Part shown: positions 30,739-40,604 of the stretch, in pieces
How the letters are laid out: every line of letters begins with the position of its first letter
Numbering within the stretch: position 1 is the stretch's first letter
From: a virus
Taxonomy: Duplodnaviria > Caudoviricetes
Reading direction: 5' to 3' (one strand)
IMG/VR virus record: IMGVR_UViG_3300003320_000367
Coordinates: 4,819 to 68,818 of that record
DNA length: 64,000 bases
Translations under genes and position numbers: made by a program
The notes under the pieces: generated by a model
The model's input: the letters and a program-made list of their open reading frames with translations, nothing else
Databases searched by the model: none
What the model was told of the DNA's origin: nothing

Positions 30739-30975
30739 TCAGGCCGAGCCGCTGGTGTCGCTGGGCGACGGGGTCGGCGAGGAGGGCGACGGGCTCTGGG
30801 TCGGAGTCTGGGTTTCGACCGGCGACTCGGAGGGCGACGGCGACTCGGTTGGGTTGCAGCAGCATCCCGTCGAAGGATCCGTGGTCTCCGCGCTCGACAC
30901 GCTCGCCATCGCTGCGGTCGCCCCGAGTACGACGCCCGCGATCCCCACAGCGATCGTGTTCAACTGCTTCTTCAC
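30739..30975 (-). CDS. secreted S/T/P-rich small protein
   Basis: Signal-peptide-like N-terminus, CCC, then SPSPSESPVETQTPTQSPSPSSPTPSPS. Confidence 0.6.
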   Translation of the reverse strand: MKKQLNTIAVGIAGVVLGATAAMASVSSAETTDPSTGCCCNPTESPSPSESPVETQTPTQSPSPSSPTPSPSDTSGSA

Positions 30976-32024
30976 TTCTTCTCCATTCCCGGCCGACGGC
31001 CGATGGTGTGGAAAAGCGGCTTGAACGACCGCTGCTCGTCCTTGGCCCAGGGCTTGTCGCACTGCCCCTCGGGCGACTCCCAGCCCTGGAAGGTGCACTT
31101 GGCACCCTGCCGCCCCTGGCCGTTGCACAAGCCGCACTTACCCTTGGTGCCGTAGACCTCGTCGATGACGACCTCGCCGTCGCCCATGCACTCGATGCAG
31201 AGCGTGCCGGTCTTCTCGCACGAGATCTTGATGTACGGCTCCAGCCACGGGCTCTGCTCCAGGATGGCCGTGCGCATCTTGCGCATGACGTCGACCATCT
31301 CCCACATGAACATGGAGCATCCCCGGTACGCGAACACGTTGATGAACTCGCGCACGGTGTAGGTGCACTGGATGAAGTTCACCGTGCCCTCAGGCAGGAT
31401 GAAGCGGGCGTCCTGGTACGAGATGTCGCGGTCGCACGCGATCTGGTACGCATCCCAGGCCGCCTCAGCCGCCTTCTGGAAGGCCGCACGGGCGACGGGG
31501 TCCTTCCAGACGGACAGCGGCATGCGGACGTCCGGCCGGTCGCCGTACCACGTCGCACGCTGGCTCTGCTGGTGGAAGGCCGCGTTGCGCGACCGGACGA
31601 GCTGATGGGTCAGAGCCCGGCTCGCGTTGAAGACCTGGAAGACGATCGACTGCGTCTCCAGCGCGGACTGGAGGCCGCCCCGCATCATCTCCTCCCAGTC
31701 GCGGTCGTCGTCTCCGCCGTCCGGAGCGAGGCCGACCGTGGCCCGCGTCGCGGAGGACAGGACCGCCTTGAACAGCTCCTGGTCGACGCCCTGGACGAGC
31801 TTGACCTGCAGACCGGCGGTGCCCGTGTAGATGTCGCCGTTGTCCGTCGGCGAGACGTGCTCGCCATCGTTGACCGAGTGCTTGTTGAACGCGACGTCGG
31901 CCAGCGTGATGTTGCCGTGGTCGTCCGGATTGTGCACGTAGTGCGCGCTCGATCCGAACGGGGCGAACGGCTGCTCCATGCGGTGGTTGTCGAGCCAGTC
32001 CGGAATGTTGTTGCCGATGCTCAC
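30972..32024 (-). CDS. thyX: ThyX-like flavin-dependent thymidylate synthase
   Basis: SRALTHQLVRSRNAAFHQQSQR (RxR-x7-S) and DARFILPEG. Confidence 0.8.
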   Translation of the reverse strand: MSIGNNIPDWLDNHRMEQPFAPFGSSAHYVHNPDDHGNITLADVAFNKHSVNDGEHVSPTDNGDIYTGTAGLQVKLVQGVDQELFKAVLSSATRATVGLAPDGGDDDRDWEEMMRGGLQSALETQSIVFQVFNASRALTHQLVRSRNAAFHQQSQRATWYGDRPDVRMPLSVWKDPVARAAFQKAAEAAWDAYQIACDRDISYQDARFILPEGTVNFIQCTYTVREFINVFAYRGCSMFMWEMVDVMRKMRTAILEQSPWLEPYIKISCEKTGTLCIECMGDGEVVIDEVYGTKGKCGLCNGQGRQGAKCTFQGWESPEGQCDKPWAKDEQRSFKPLFHTIGRRPGMEKK

Positions 32025-32362
32025 TGGTTGCCCTGCTTCCTGATCTCGTCGATGATGGCCTCGCCCCACGCCACGAACACAGCGGCGTTCTGCACGACCT
32101 CGTCGAACAGCTTGCGGAGGTCCGTCTCGCTCGCGGCCTCCATGAACTCCTCACCGGCGATGGTCAGCCAGTCGTCCTTGCCGGCAGCGTGGTTGGCGTC
32201 GCAGATCTCCTTCCACTGCTCCTGGAGAACCTTGGCCAACTCGCTTCCGGTTCCGTGCGGGTGGCGCTGGACACCCCACCTCTCCAGCTGCCTCTGACGC
32301 TCGGCTCGCACCGCCGCCATCATGGCGATGTGATTGGAGTCCAGCTGAACCCTGTCGCTCAT
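32021..32362 (-). CDS. MazG-like nucleotide pyrophosphohydrolase
   Basis: All-alpha; EEFMEA...DEVVQNAAV motif. Confidence 0.62.
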   Translation of the reverse strand: MSDRVQLDSNHIAMMAAVRAERQRQLERWGVQRHPHGTGSELAKVLQEQWKEICDANHAAGKDDWLTIAGEEFMEAASETDLRKLFDEVVQNAAVFVAWGEAIIDEIRKQGNQ

Positions 32363-32484
32363 TCCGTTCCTGTTCTGTGAAAGCCGTAGGAGCCCGCGTA
32401 ACGGATCGCGGGGACGGCATCGGTACCTTCTACCGGCGGACCGTGGTTCGGCCGCCTACGGGGCGCGTAGGCCCCATGCCGGGG

Positions 32485-33159
32485 TCAGTCCGTCCCCGGC
32501 GTCACGGAGCCTCCGGCCGCGATGCGCTCGATCACGGCCGTGGCGTCCGCCTCCGACATTCCGACCACCTCGTGCGGGATGACCTGCATGGGCTGCGTCT
32601 CGTCGGACTCCATCGCGGCCGACTTGCCGTTCTGGCGAGGCCAGTTGACGTACTGCCTCGGCTTGGCCGCCGTCGGCCACGTGACCTTGATGGACTGCGT
32701 GTCCTCGTTACCGGGAAGGTCGGTCGGCTTGGCCTTGGCGTCCTGCACCTTGGGCCTGACGGTCATGAGCGCCGTGGCCGTGGCTCGTACGCGCTCGGGG
32801 TTCGGCGGGGCAGGCGTCTCCTGGGTGCGCTCGGACGCGCTCTCCGCCTCCTCGCCGTACGGCTTGACGTTGTGCGACCACTTGCGCTGGAGCGCCTCGT
32901 AGTCCGGCTCCTCCCAGTGCTCCTCGGTGACGGCGACGACGTTGACGATGATCGTCTCCAGGTCGGTCGGCATGATGAACTGCTTGTGGCCGTTGACGTT
33001 GATGAACTCGATGGCGTAGTCCCGCAGCGACAGGGCCGACTTGGCCTGCTGCTCCAGGTCCTCCAGCTCCCAGCCGGTGTGCACCTGCTTGTGCTGTGCC
33101 CGGTACTGGCGTCCGCTGTGGGCCACGTAGATCAGCTCGACAGTGGCGATCTTGCTCAT
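32485..33159 (-). CDS. hypothetical protein
   Basis: 224 aa ORF with GAGGGAG SD. Confidence 0.7.
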   Translation of the reverse strand: MSKIATVELIYVAHSGRQYRAQHKQVHTGWELEDLEQQAKSALSLRDYAIEFINVNGHKQFIMPTDLETIIVNVVAVTEEHWEEPDYEALQRKWSHNVKPYGEEAESASERTQETPAPPNPERVRATATALMTVRPKVQDAKAKPTDLPGNEDTQSIKVTWPTAAKPRQYVNWPRQNGKSAAMESDETQPMQVIPHEVVGMSEADATAVIERIAAGGSVTPGTD

Positions 33160-33306
33160 GAGTAAAGCTCCCTCTGCTTCTTGCGAGTCTTGGCCTTGCG
33201 GGACTGGACGAGATGCACGAGCATCTTGCCTTGGAACAGCTGGTTGCTCTTACGACGACGTGTCGCCCGCTGATACGAACGAACGCGGCGCATGGTGTCG
33301 CTCATG

Positions 33307-33486
33307 TCACTTCCAGACAACGGTCACGGGGTGATCGGTCCAGACCCACGTCTTGAAGGCCCAGAACGCCCCGATGAACACGACGACCGGGCACACGTTC
33401 CAGACCAGCGTCAGCGAGATCCGCTGCATCAGCGAGAGCTCGTCGTCCTGCTCGTACAGAGCCTTGAGGCTCATCCTCCGGAACAT
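33307..33486 (-). CDS. small membrane protein
   Basis: GAGG SD; single TM segment. Confidence 0.55.
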   Translation of the reverse strand: MFRRMSLKALYEQDDELSLMQRISLTLVWNVCPVVVFIGAFWAFKTWVWTDHPVTVVWK

Positions 33487-33500
33487 GGCCCGGTCCTCTC

Positions 33501-36500
33501 TCAGTCGGGGTCGATAACCCACATGTGTGAACAGTGCACTGTCTTGCCGTAGAACGGCTTCTTCTCAACACGCATCAAGACGAAGTCGTGGCCCAGCTTG
33601 ATGTCCCACAACGCATCCTTCAGCTTCGGATACAGCCACCTGTTGACCTTGACAGTCATCAGTCCGGACTCGTCCTCCATGTACAGCGTCATGCTGTCCT
33701 TGAGGTTCGGATCCTTGACCGTTGCCGGGTCCAGCTCATCACCCGTCCGAGACCTGTGGTTCTCAAACAGGTCCTGGAGGTTCCGGGCTCGGACCGTTCC
33801 AAGTATAACGTGTCGAGATTTCTTCGCCTCGTAGGGGATGTTGTCTGCCAGCGTATCGGGCACCGGGCAGCTTCCGAGCTCACCGCGCTTGATGGCCTGG
33901 ACGATCGTCGCAGCGCCGTTCTTGAGCTTGTCGAGCTCGAACGGATCCTCCTTCTCGCAGAACTCCTTGATCTTGGTCATCTTGGCCGGTCCGATGCCGC
34001 GCACCTTGATCAGATCATCCCAGGAGTCGAACCCATCGAGGTCGTCGCGTGTCTCCAGGATGGCACGGGCATACGACTCGCCAATTCCGCTGATCTGGTG
34101 GAAGCCCGCCTGCACGCCACGGTTGCTCGGATGGATCTCCCATGTCTCGCTGGATGTGTTGAGCTCCGGAGGGAAGATCTTGTAGTCGCGACCATACCGG
34201 CTGTCGCCCGCGTCCCGCATCAGGGTGATGTGCTTCCCCTTCTTCGGGTCCGGATCGGTCTTCCGCAGCTGAGCTGCATAGAAGGCGAGCGGATGATGCT
34301 GCTTGAGCCACATGCACCAGAAGGCCAACATGCTGTACGACACACAGTGCGCCATGTTGAAGGCGTACGTGCCCGACGTGACCAGCTTCTTCCAGATCTT
34401 GTCGGCCAGCTCGTCCGAGATGTCCTGCGAGCGTGAGCCCTCCAGGAACGTCTGGTACAGCCGGTTGAATGCAGCCTCGCCCTTCTTCTGCGAGATTACC
34501 TTCCGGATCTCAGAGGCATGGACCCACGGGAACTTGCCAACGTTGCGGCACAGCGCGAGGATCTGCTCCTGATAGATGATCTGGTATTGACTGTAATGCG
34601 TCAGCTCGTCTACCAGTGGATGGAGATGCTCCACCTTTTGGCGCCCGTGCTTGACTGCAATGTAGTCACCAGTGCTACCACTATGGAGCGGCCCAGGACG
34701 ACTGAGCGCGTTGATGTCGCAGAGTTCCAGGAATGTCGTGGGAGCCACCTCCTGGCAGACCATGCGAGTCGTGCGACCTTCGAACTGGAAGATACCGACA
34801 ACGTCAGCTCGCCGAAATGCGTCGAGCGTTTTCTCATCCTCCATCGAAATTGCATAGAGGTCCTCCAGCGACATTCCGATCAGGTCGAGTGCGATGCGAA
34901 TCATCCCCATGGTTTGCAGCCCAAGGGCGTCCAGCTTCAGGAGGCCGAGGTACTCGCCGTCGTACTTGTCGACGGAAAGCACCGCGAGCGACTTCTTCTC
35001 CTTGCCGACATTGTCCTTGGTGTACGTGGCCACGTACTCATGGAGCGGCTTTGCCCCGACGACCACGCCCGCAGCGTGAACTCCGAATCCCTTGAGGTTG
35101 CCTTCGAGCTGGATGGCCCGGTGCAAGTCCGGGAACTCGTCGAACACCTCCTTGGCCTGAGGGAAAGCCTCGACCGTGTCAGCGAGCGACGCGTCGAATC
35201 GGGAGTCACCACCCGACCGCTCAACGATGACCTCCTTGACCTGCTCCGCCTTGAACTTGGGGATCTCGTACACACGGGCGACGTCGTCAACCGCGTTCTT
35301 GCCCCGGTAGCGAGTGTAGGTTCCGATGTTGCCGACGCGGTCTGCTCCGTACCGCTTGATCATGTGCTGGCGGACATAGTCCCGACGCTCGTCATCGAAG
35401 TCGAGGTCGACATCCGGCAGGTCGTGGCGGTTGGGGTCGATGAATCGCTCGAACATCATCTGCGGATAGAGCATCGGGTCGATCTCGGTGATCCTCAGGA
35501 GGTAGCACACCAGGCTGGCAGCCGCCGACCCGCGCGCCGGTCCGACCGGGATGCCGGCATCCTTGGTGTGGCGAACTGCGTCCGACAGCATCAAGAAGTA
35601 GTCGACGAAGTCCTTCTGGACAATCAGATCGAGCTCGTACTCGGCACGCGCCTTGTAGTTGAGCTGCCTGTCCTTTGGGAACTTGTTGAAGCCTCGGTAC
35701 TTCCAGCCGTCGTTCATCCACTTGCGGATCATGTCGACAGAGGACATGCCCTCGCGATATCCGGGCTCCTGGTCGATGGGGTAGCGCACCCGGTCCATCT
35801 TCGGGAGCAGGACCTGGCAGCGCTCGGCGATCTCAGCCGTGGACGCGATGGCCTCCTCGGCTCCGCGCTTCGACAGGCCGGTTCCGCGCAGCCGGTCGTA
35901 CACCATCTTGTCCGACGTCGGGAACGTCAGGCGGATGTCGTACTCCCAGCCCGCCTCTGCGGCCGCCACGGTTCCGATGTTGCGCCCGGCTGCATGCAGG
36001 ATCTTCTGCATCTCATTGTCTTCCGGGAACGGATAGTGGCAGTCGGATGTCGCTGCCAGCTTGATCCCGTACTTCTTCCCGACCTGCTCATACCACTGAT
36101 TGAGCTTGCCGGACCGAGCGAGTTCCGGAAACTGCTGTGTCTCCAGGTAATACCGATCTCCGAACAGCTTGTGGAACGCGCGCAACGTCTTGAGCGCTTC
36201 GAGCTCGTCGCCCTTGCGAATCCACTTGCCTCCGAGGAGGTTGTTGGCCAGCATGGAGTCGGCGCAGCCCGAGAGACAGATGAGACCCTCGTGATGATCC
36301 TTGAGCATCTCGCCGGTCACGGTCGGCCAGCGATAGAACCCCTCGGCCCAGGACCGCGTGACGATCTGGTTCAGATTGTGCAGACCAGTCTCGTTCATCG
36401 CAAGCAGCGTGAGGTGCGCCTTCTGCGACATGCCGACGCGAACCTTGCCGGTCTTGTCGACCCACTCCATCTCGCGCATGTTCGACGGGGCGGTGTACGC

Positions 36501-36698
36501 CTCCAGGCCGAACAGCGGACGCACGCCGTACTTCTGGCACGACAACATGTGCTTGACGTGTGACGAGATGTTGCCGTGCTCGGTGAGAGCCAGGGCAGCC
36601 ATCCCGAGATCGGCAGCTCGCTTGGCGTGCGTATCGGGCGAGCCATATCCGTCCATGTACGAATACGTCGTGTGATGGTGCAGCGACACATACTTCAT
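33501..36698 (-). CDS. dnaE: DNA polymerase III alpha subunit (C-family, PHP domain)
   Basis: SLHHHTTYSYMDG, ALTEHGN, GPARGSAAASLV, LPDVDLDFD, HAAGVVV and KLDALGL motifs. Confidence 0.95.
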   Translation of the reverse strand: MKYVSLHHHTTYSYMDGYGSPDTHAKRAADLGMAALALTEHGNISSHVKHMLSCQKYGVRPLFGLEAYTAPSNMREMEWVDKTGKVRVGMSQKAHLTLLAMNETGLHNLNQIVTRSWAEGFYRWPTVTGEMLKDHHEGLICLSGCADSMLANNLLGGKWIRKGDELEALKTLRAFHKLFGDRYYLETQQFPELARSGKLNQWYEQVGKKYGIKLAATSDCHYPFPEDNEMQKILHAAGRNIGTVAAAEAGWEYDIRLTFPTSDKMVYDRLRGTGLSKRGAEEAIASTAEIAERCQVLLPKMDRVRYPIDQEPGYREGMSSVDMIRKWMNDGWKYRGFNKFPKDRQLNYKARAEYELDLIVQKDFVDYFLMLSDAVRHTKDAGIPVGPARGSAAASLVCYLLRITEIDPMLYPQMMFERFIDPNRHDLPDVDLDFDDERRDYVRQHMIKRYGADRVGNIGTYTRYRGKNAVDDVARVYEIPKFKAEQVKEVIVERSGGDSRFDASLADTVEAFPQAKEVFDEFPDLHRAIQLEGNLKGFGVHAAGVVVGAKPLHEYVATYTKDNVGKEKKSLAVLSVDKYDGEYLGLLKLDALGLQTMGMIRIALDLIGMSLEDLYAISMEDEKTLDAFRRADVVGIFQFEGRTTRMVCQEVAPTTFLELCDINALSRPGPLHSGSTGDYIAVKHGRQKVEHLHPLVDELTHYSQYQIIYQEQILALCRNVGKFPWVHASEIRKVISQKKGEAAFNRLYQTFLEGSRSQDISDELADKIWKKLVTSGTYAFNMAHCVSYSMLAFWCMWLKQHHPLAFYAAQLRKTDPDPKKGKHITLMRDAGDSRYGRDYKIFPPELNTSSETWEIHPSNRGVQAGFHQISGIGESYARAILETRDDLDGFDSWDDLIKVRGIGPAKMTKIKEFCEKEDPFELDKLKNGAATIVQAIKRGELGSCPVPDTLADNIPYEAKKSRHVILGTVRARNLQDLFENHRSRTGDELDPATVKDPNLKDSMTLYMEDESGLMTVKVNRWLYPKLKDALWDIKLGHDFVLMRVEKKPFYGKTVHCSHMWVIDPD

Positions 36699-36958
36699 TT
36701 GCAGTTGATCCTCACCCACGGGGAAGGCTCCAGCACAGCGCCGATCCGATTGCCTTCGGTCACTTGTTCCTGAAGCCATTCGAGGTACTTGTCCAGGTCA
36801 TTTCGCGACACCTGGCATATGCGACTGGCCGCCTCGCACAGCGCCACGTGACGCCCCCGAATATACCGGTCCTTGTTGCCGGCATCCATCTCTCGTTTGG
36901 CGCTCAGGACCTCTGACAGCAACCATGTGATCGTCGCTCTGCTGGGGGCTCCCGACAT
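36695..36958 (-). CDS. hypothetical protein
   Basis: AAAGGA SD; coupled to dnaE. Confidence 0.6.
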   Translation of the reverse strand: MSGAPSRATITWLLSEVLSAKREMDAGNKDRYIRGRHVALCEAASRICQVSRNDLDKYLEWLQEQVTEGNRIGAVLEPSPWVRINCK

Positions 36959-37030
36959 GTTGTTCCTTTCATGCAGAGGGCCGACCGTCCACCGGAGGGG
37001 TGGCAGACGGTCGGCCCGGTCTCGCGGGTG

Positions 37031-38026
37031 TTACTGGCGGTTGGCCCAGTCGGCCAGCGTGCGGAGCCCGGCCTCCTGCTCCTTGCTCATGACGTGGTGG
37101 TCCTTCTGCGCCCGCTCGATCAGAGCGGTCGGCACGAGCGACAGCGGCTCACGGTCGGCACCGGGGTACGGCTCGTGGTAGTACCGGATGCGACCGTCCA
37201 CCTGCTCGGTGACGACTCGGGCCGGTCCGACCTTCGCTCCGACTCCGTGCTGCATCGCGTCGGCCTCGGCGAACTCCTCCGTCATGAAGGCGTCCGCTCC
37301 GTCGTTCCGGACGCGGAAGCCGTACGCGCCGTTCTCCGGGCTCCGCGAGGACTCGTCGGTCACCGGGGACCCGCCGAGCTCCCGCGCTCGCCTACGGGCC
37401 TCTCGAGCGCCGTAGAGGCGCTCGTCCGTGCCGCGCTTCAGCCGGTCGGCCATCTCGACCTGCTGCTTGACAGCCCAGTCGTGCATCGTCGGAGTCGGCC
37501 GGTCCTCTCCGTCGCTCATGGATGCTGCGTACTCCGCCTCGGCCTGCTGCTCGCCGAGCATGTTCGTGGCCCGGTCGCGGACCAGCGTGCGGAACGGCTC
37601 CGTCAGGACGCCGGACATCTTGAGCGCGTTCTCCGCGTCGCCACCGACCATCCGGAAGAAGGCGTCCACGGCGGCATCGTCCTCGTTGTAGACGTACGCC
37701 TGCTCTGCCTCGCGCTGGAGCCCGAACATGTGCAGCGTGAGGAAGAGGTGGCTGATGAGGTCCTTGATGATCTCGTCGGTGTCCTCGAAGTCCAGCTGCT
37801 CGCCGTCCCACATGGCTCGCTTGAGCTTGATCATCTTGCGGTGGATGTCGGAGTACTGCCCGCGCACTCCGAGCTCGTACGCCGAGCCGGAGCCGTAGTC
37901 CCTGTTCTTCCTGGCGAACAGCGCCAGCCACTCCGGCATGATGCGCGTGGCGATGACGACAAGCTCTTCGCTGTCGCCAGACTGGCCTCCGATGAAGACG
38001 CTGTCGCCGTCGTTCTCAACCCGCAT
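37031..38026 (-). CDS. DUF1599-like (nucleotide-modification-associated, all-alpha) protein with long C-terminal extension
   Basis: FARKNRDYG...SDIHRKMIKLKR...EDTDEIIKDLISH pattern. Confidence 0.68.
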   Translation of the reverse strand: MRVENDGDSVFIGGQSGDSEELVVIATRIMPEWLALFARKNRDYGSGSAYELGVRGQYSDIHRKMIKLKRAMWDGEQLDFEDTDEIIKDLISHLFLTLHMFGLQREAEQAYVYNEDDAAVDAFFRMVGGDAENALKMSGVLTEPFRTLVRDRATNMLGEQQAEAEYAASMSDGEDRPTPTMHDWAVKQQVEMADRLKRGTDERLYGAREARRRARELGGSPVTDESSRSPENGAYGFRVRNDGADAFMTEEFAEADAMQHGVGAKVGPARVVTEQVDGRIRYYHEPYPGADREPLSLVPTALIERAQKDHHVMSKEQEAGLRTLADWANRQ

Positions 38027-38666
38027 AGATCCCAGTCCTGTTCTTGTGCATTTCGATCAGCTCCAGGATCGTCTCCTGGGCTGCGCTCAACGTCCAGACA
38101 AACATCTGGTCGTCATCGGGCGTGTAGCCCTGGTTGGCCTCGTTGCGCCGCATGATCGGCACGACTCCGAGCCTCTTCGCCACCCCCAGCTGACTGAGGT
38201 CGTCGTCCAGCGCGCAGACCACACGATCGCGCCCGACGGACTTGACGAGGTCCCTGTACTTGTGCTCGCCGTACAGGATGTGGTCTACCTTGATCCCGTT
38301 CCGGCGAAGCCAGTGCTGGGTGTCAAGGTCGATGGTCGACATGTGCAGATACGGACGCGTTGTGCATGCAGCCACTGCTACACCAGCGCCACGGATCGAG
38401 CGGACCATCTCTGCGGCACCTTCGAACACTGGGATGGAGCGCTTCATGCCACCCATCCTGTATGCCAGCTTGCACTGGCGATACGTTGCCTTGCTCATGC
38501 CGAGCTGTGCCGCGAACGACCCGACGACGCCAGGGTCCCACTTGATGTCTCTCCCGGTCCACATCTGGGCGAACCGTTCGAAGTGCCTGTGGTAGTCCCC
38601 GAGCGTCCCGTCGAGGTCCAGCGCCACAATCGGCGAATTAGGCCCCGGTCGTCGAGATCGATACAT
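38016..38666 (-). CDS. HAD-superfamily phosphatase / deoxyribonucleotidase-like
   Basis: VALDLDGTL, CTTRP and ALDDD motifs. Confidence 0.8.
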   Translation of the reverse strand: MYRSRRPGPNSPIVALDLDGTLGDYHRHFERFAQMWTGRDIKWDPGVVGSFAAQLGMSKATYRQCKLAYRMGGMKRSIPVFEGAAEMVRSIRGAGVAVAACTTRPYLHMSTIDLDTQHWLRRNGIKVDHILYGEHKYRDLVKSVGRDRVVCALDDDLSQLGVAKRLGVVPIMRRNEANQGYTPDDDQMFVWTLSAAQETILELIEMHKNRTGIYAG

Positions 38667-39432
38667 CCGGCTCTACTCCGTCCATGATCTTGTTGGCCTC
38701 CTCCCAGGCCTCGTGCGAGAGGACGCCCTTGGTCCACTTACCGTACCGCCCCATCCGGTGAACTCCGGGGAAGCATCGGCAAGTTGTGCTGATCGGCTTG
38801 ATTACGCGCCAGATCTGGCCGTTGTACTGGATCGGGTACTTGTCGTGCGGCCACTCGGTGTTGGTGAAGCCGAGGATCTTGCTCGCACGATACCAGTCGA
38901 ACCCCGGCTCTCCGTTGCACAGAACCGTGTTGTTCGAAAGCTGGCACTCCAGCTCGTTCGTGGCCCAGATCTGCTCGGACTCGAACTTGTGCGTTCGCTC
39001 GAAGCAGAGGATGTGCGCCGGGATCGTCGAGATGACGACGTCCGGATTCCACTCGCGCATCACCTTTGACAGCACCTTCGGCGAGATGGTGACGTCGTGC
39101 ACGTCAGAGCCGTACAGCGACCACAGGCTGTCGTACGCCTCGCGGATGTCCCAGGCGAGATGCCGACCCACGAGCGTCTCGGGGCTGACCTCGACCTTGG
39201 CGTCCGGCCCGTACACCTTGTCCCTGTACCCGGCCACGCTCCCCGAGATCTCGTAGTTGATCAGGAACGGCTCCTTGATCGACACGCCCGGGATCGGAGC
39301 GTGCAGATACTGAGCGCCGTTCATGAACGACTTGCGCGCCTTCGACATGACGATGAAGTCCGCGCCCCGGTTGTATGCCGCATGCGCCGCGATGAGGCCT
39401 GCCGGGCCACAGCCCAGGATCAACACCTTCAC
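38638..39432 (-). CDS. FAD/NAD-dependent oxidoreductase-like protein
   Basis: KVLILGCGPAGLIAA Rossmann motif; C-terminal MGRYGKW. Confidence 0.75.
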   Translation of the reverse strand: MKVLILGCGPAGLIAAHAAYNRGADFIVMSKARKSFMNGAQYLHAPIPGVSIKEPFLINYEISGSVAGYRDKVYGPDAKVEVSPETLVGRHLAWDIREAYDSLWSLYGSDVHDVTISPKVLSKVMREWNPDVVISTIPAHILCFERTHKFESEQIWATNELECQLSNNTVLCNGEPGFDWYRASKILGFTNTEWPHDKYPIQYNGQIWRVIKPISTTCRCFPGVHRMGRYGKWTKGVLSHEAWEEANKIMDGVEPDVSISTTGA

Positions 39433-39608
39433 TTGATGAGGCTCCTTCTGAATGTGATCACCACATGTCCGTGGCGTGTGTGGAACAGGACGCCGTTCAG
39501 GAACGTCCACTTGAATCGCTGCGTCTTGAGGATCGGTCCGCCGCCCCGAGCAGCATACATCAGGGCGACAGGACCGTACAGGCAGCGATGCCTCGGATGC
39601 TTCTTCAC
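39429..39608 (-). CDS. small hypothetical protein
   Basis: GTG overlapping the upstream TGA; stop overlaps the next start. Confidence 0.45.
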   Translation of the reverse strand: MKKHPRHRCLYGPVALMYAARGGGPILKTQRFKWTFLNGVLFHTRHGHVVITFRRSLIK

Positions 39609-39811
39609 GCTGACGGAGAAGATTCCCCATCGCTTGACGGCAAGCTGACTATAGCGATCAGCTTGTCGCCTATCTCGTGGATCCTGCATCGTGTTGCTCC
39701 GGCCCTTGCGTGCGGCTCGCACTGCGAATCGATGACGTGAATTCCGCCGCACACCCTGTCCTTTGCGCAGATGCATCCGTCCTCTGGAGGCAAGCAGCAG
39801 ATGAGGCTCAT
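39605..39811 (-). CDS. small Cys-rich hypothetical protein
   Basis: ATG coupled to the upstream stop. Confidence 0.45.
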   Translation of the reverse strand: MSLICCLPPEDGCICAKDRVCGGIHVIDSQCEPHARAGATRCRIHEIGDKLIAIVSLPSSDGESSPSA

Positions 39812-40047
39812 CGCCTGAGCCTGGACATGTTCGGATGCGGCATCTTGTAGAACGACTTGAGGTCGCTCGGCGCGGCCCACAGCTTGGGATTGATTCCCCA
39901 CTGGACTGCGTCCGAGTCGTCGGCCATCTTGCGATGGTCTATCCAGAGGTCGAGCAGCGCGTCGACCAGATCCGGATTGTTGTTCTTGCGAGCGAGAGTG
40001 ATTCGCTCTCCGATGTATCTGGCAGCCTCGGGTCTGATTTCAGCCAT
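39808..40047 (-). CDS. hypothetical protein
   Basis: 79 aa; coupled to neighbours. Confidence 0.6.
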   Translation of the reverse strand: MAEIRPEAARYIGERITLARKNNNPDLVDALLDLWIDHRKMADDSDAVQWGINPKLWAAPSDLKSFYKMPHPNMSRLRR

Positions 40048-40604
40048 TACAGATTCACCACCCTGCGTCTGATGTTATCCGGCAGCCAGAGGTCGTCAAC
40101 CTCCATCGCTGCCTTGTCCTGCTTGTTCACCCTGAGCTCGTATCCGTCGCCTGTCGGAACGGGCCAGAGAACAGGCCAGTATTCGTCCACCTCCGCCCAT
40201 GGTACCTTGACGTCGGCCACGATCGCCTTGTGTCGGATGCCAGCCGACCAGTGCGACTGCATGACGTGCTCGTCCTCGAACCATGCCGGCATCTGGAACT
40301 CGTGGCCTCGCCGCGTCAACTCCCTTCCGGCGTTGGCGAATTGCCAGAACCATCCGACGTCGTTGTATCGGTTGAGCCTGAGCTCCTGGCACGCCAGAGC
40401 GCCGTAGACCAACAGCGCGAGATGCCTGTCCTTCCAGCCCTGCTCAGCAGCCGGAAGCTTCTCGGCTCCTCCGCCGAATCGGCTGTGTGCCGAACCGAGC
40501 AGCTTGACCAGATCCTCCAGCGCATCGTCCATGAGCAGGTCGAGCGTCATGGTCGGCCTCGGATCGAGCCACCAGATGACTCGGACGTCGCTCACTTGAA
40601 CCAT
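40047..40604 (-). CDS. pyrimidine-dimer DNA glycosylase-like (MSMEG_6728-family-like) protein
   Basis: LLVYGALACQE, PAWFEDEHVMQSHWSA and YWPVLWP resemble this family; N-terminus divergent. Confidence 0.5.
   Translation of the reverse strand: MVQVSDVRVIWWLDPRPTMTLDLLMDDALEDLVKLLGSAHSRFGGGAEKLPAAEQGWKDRHLALLVYGALACQELRLNRYNDVGWFWQFANAGRELTRRGHEFQMPAWFEDEHVMQSHWSAGIRHKAIVADVKVPWAEVDEYWPVLWPVPTGDGYELRVNKQDKAAMEVDDLWLPDNIRRRVVNL

Noticed and set aside
33501-36698. Intein or intron in dnaE or terL
   Set aside because: Lengths and motif order look uninterrupted; no C/S...HN intein ends seen.
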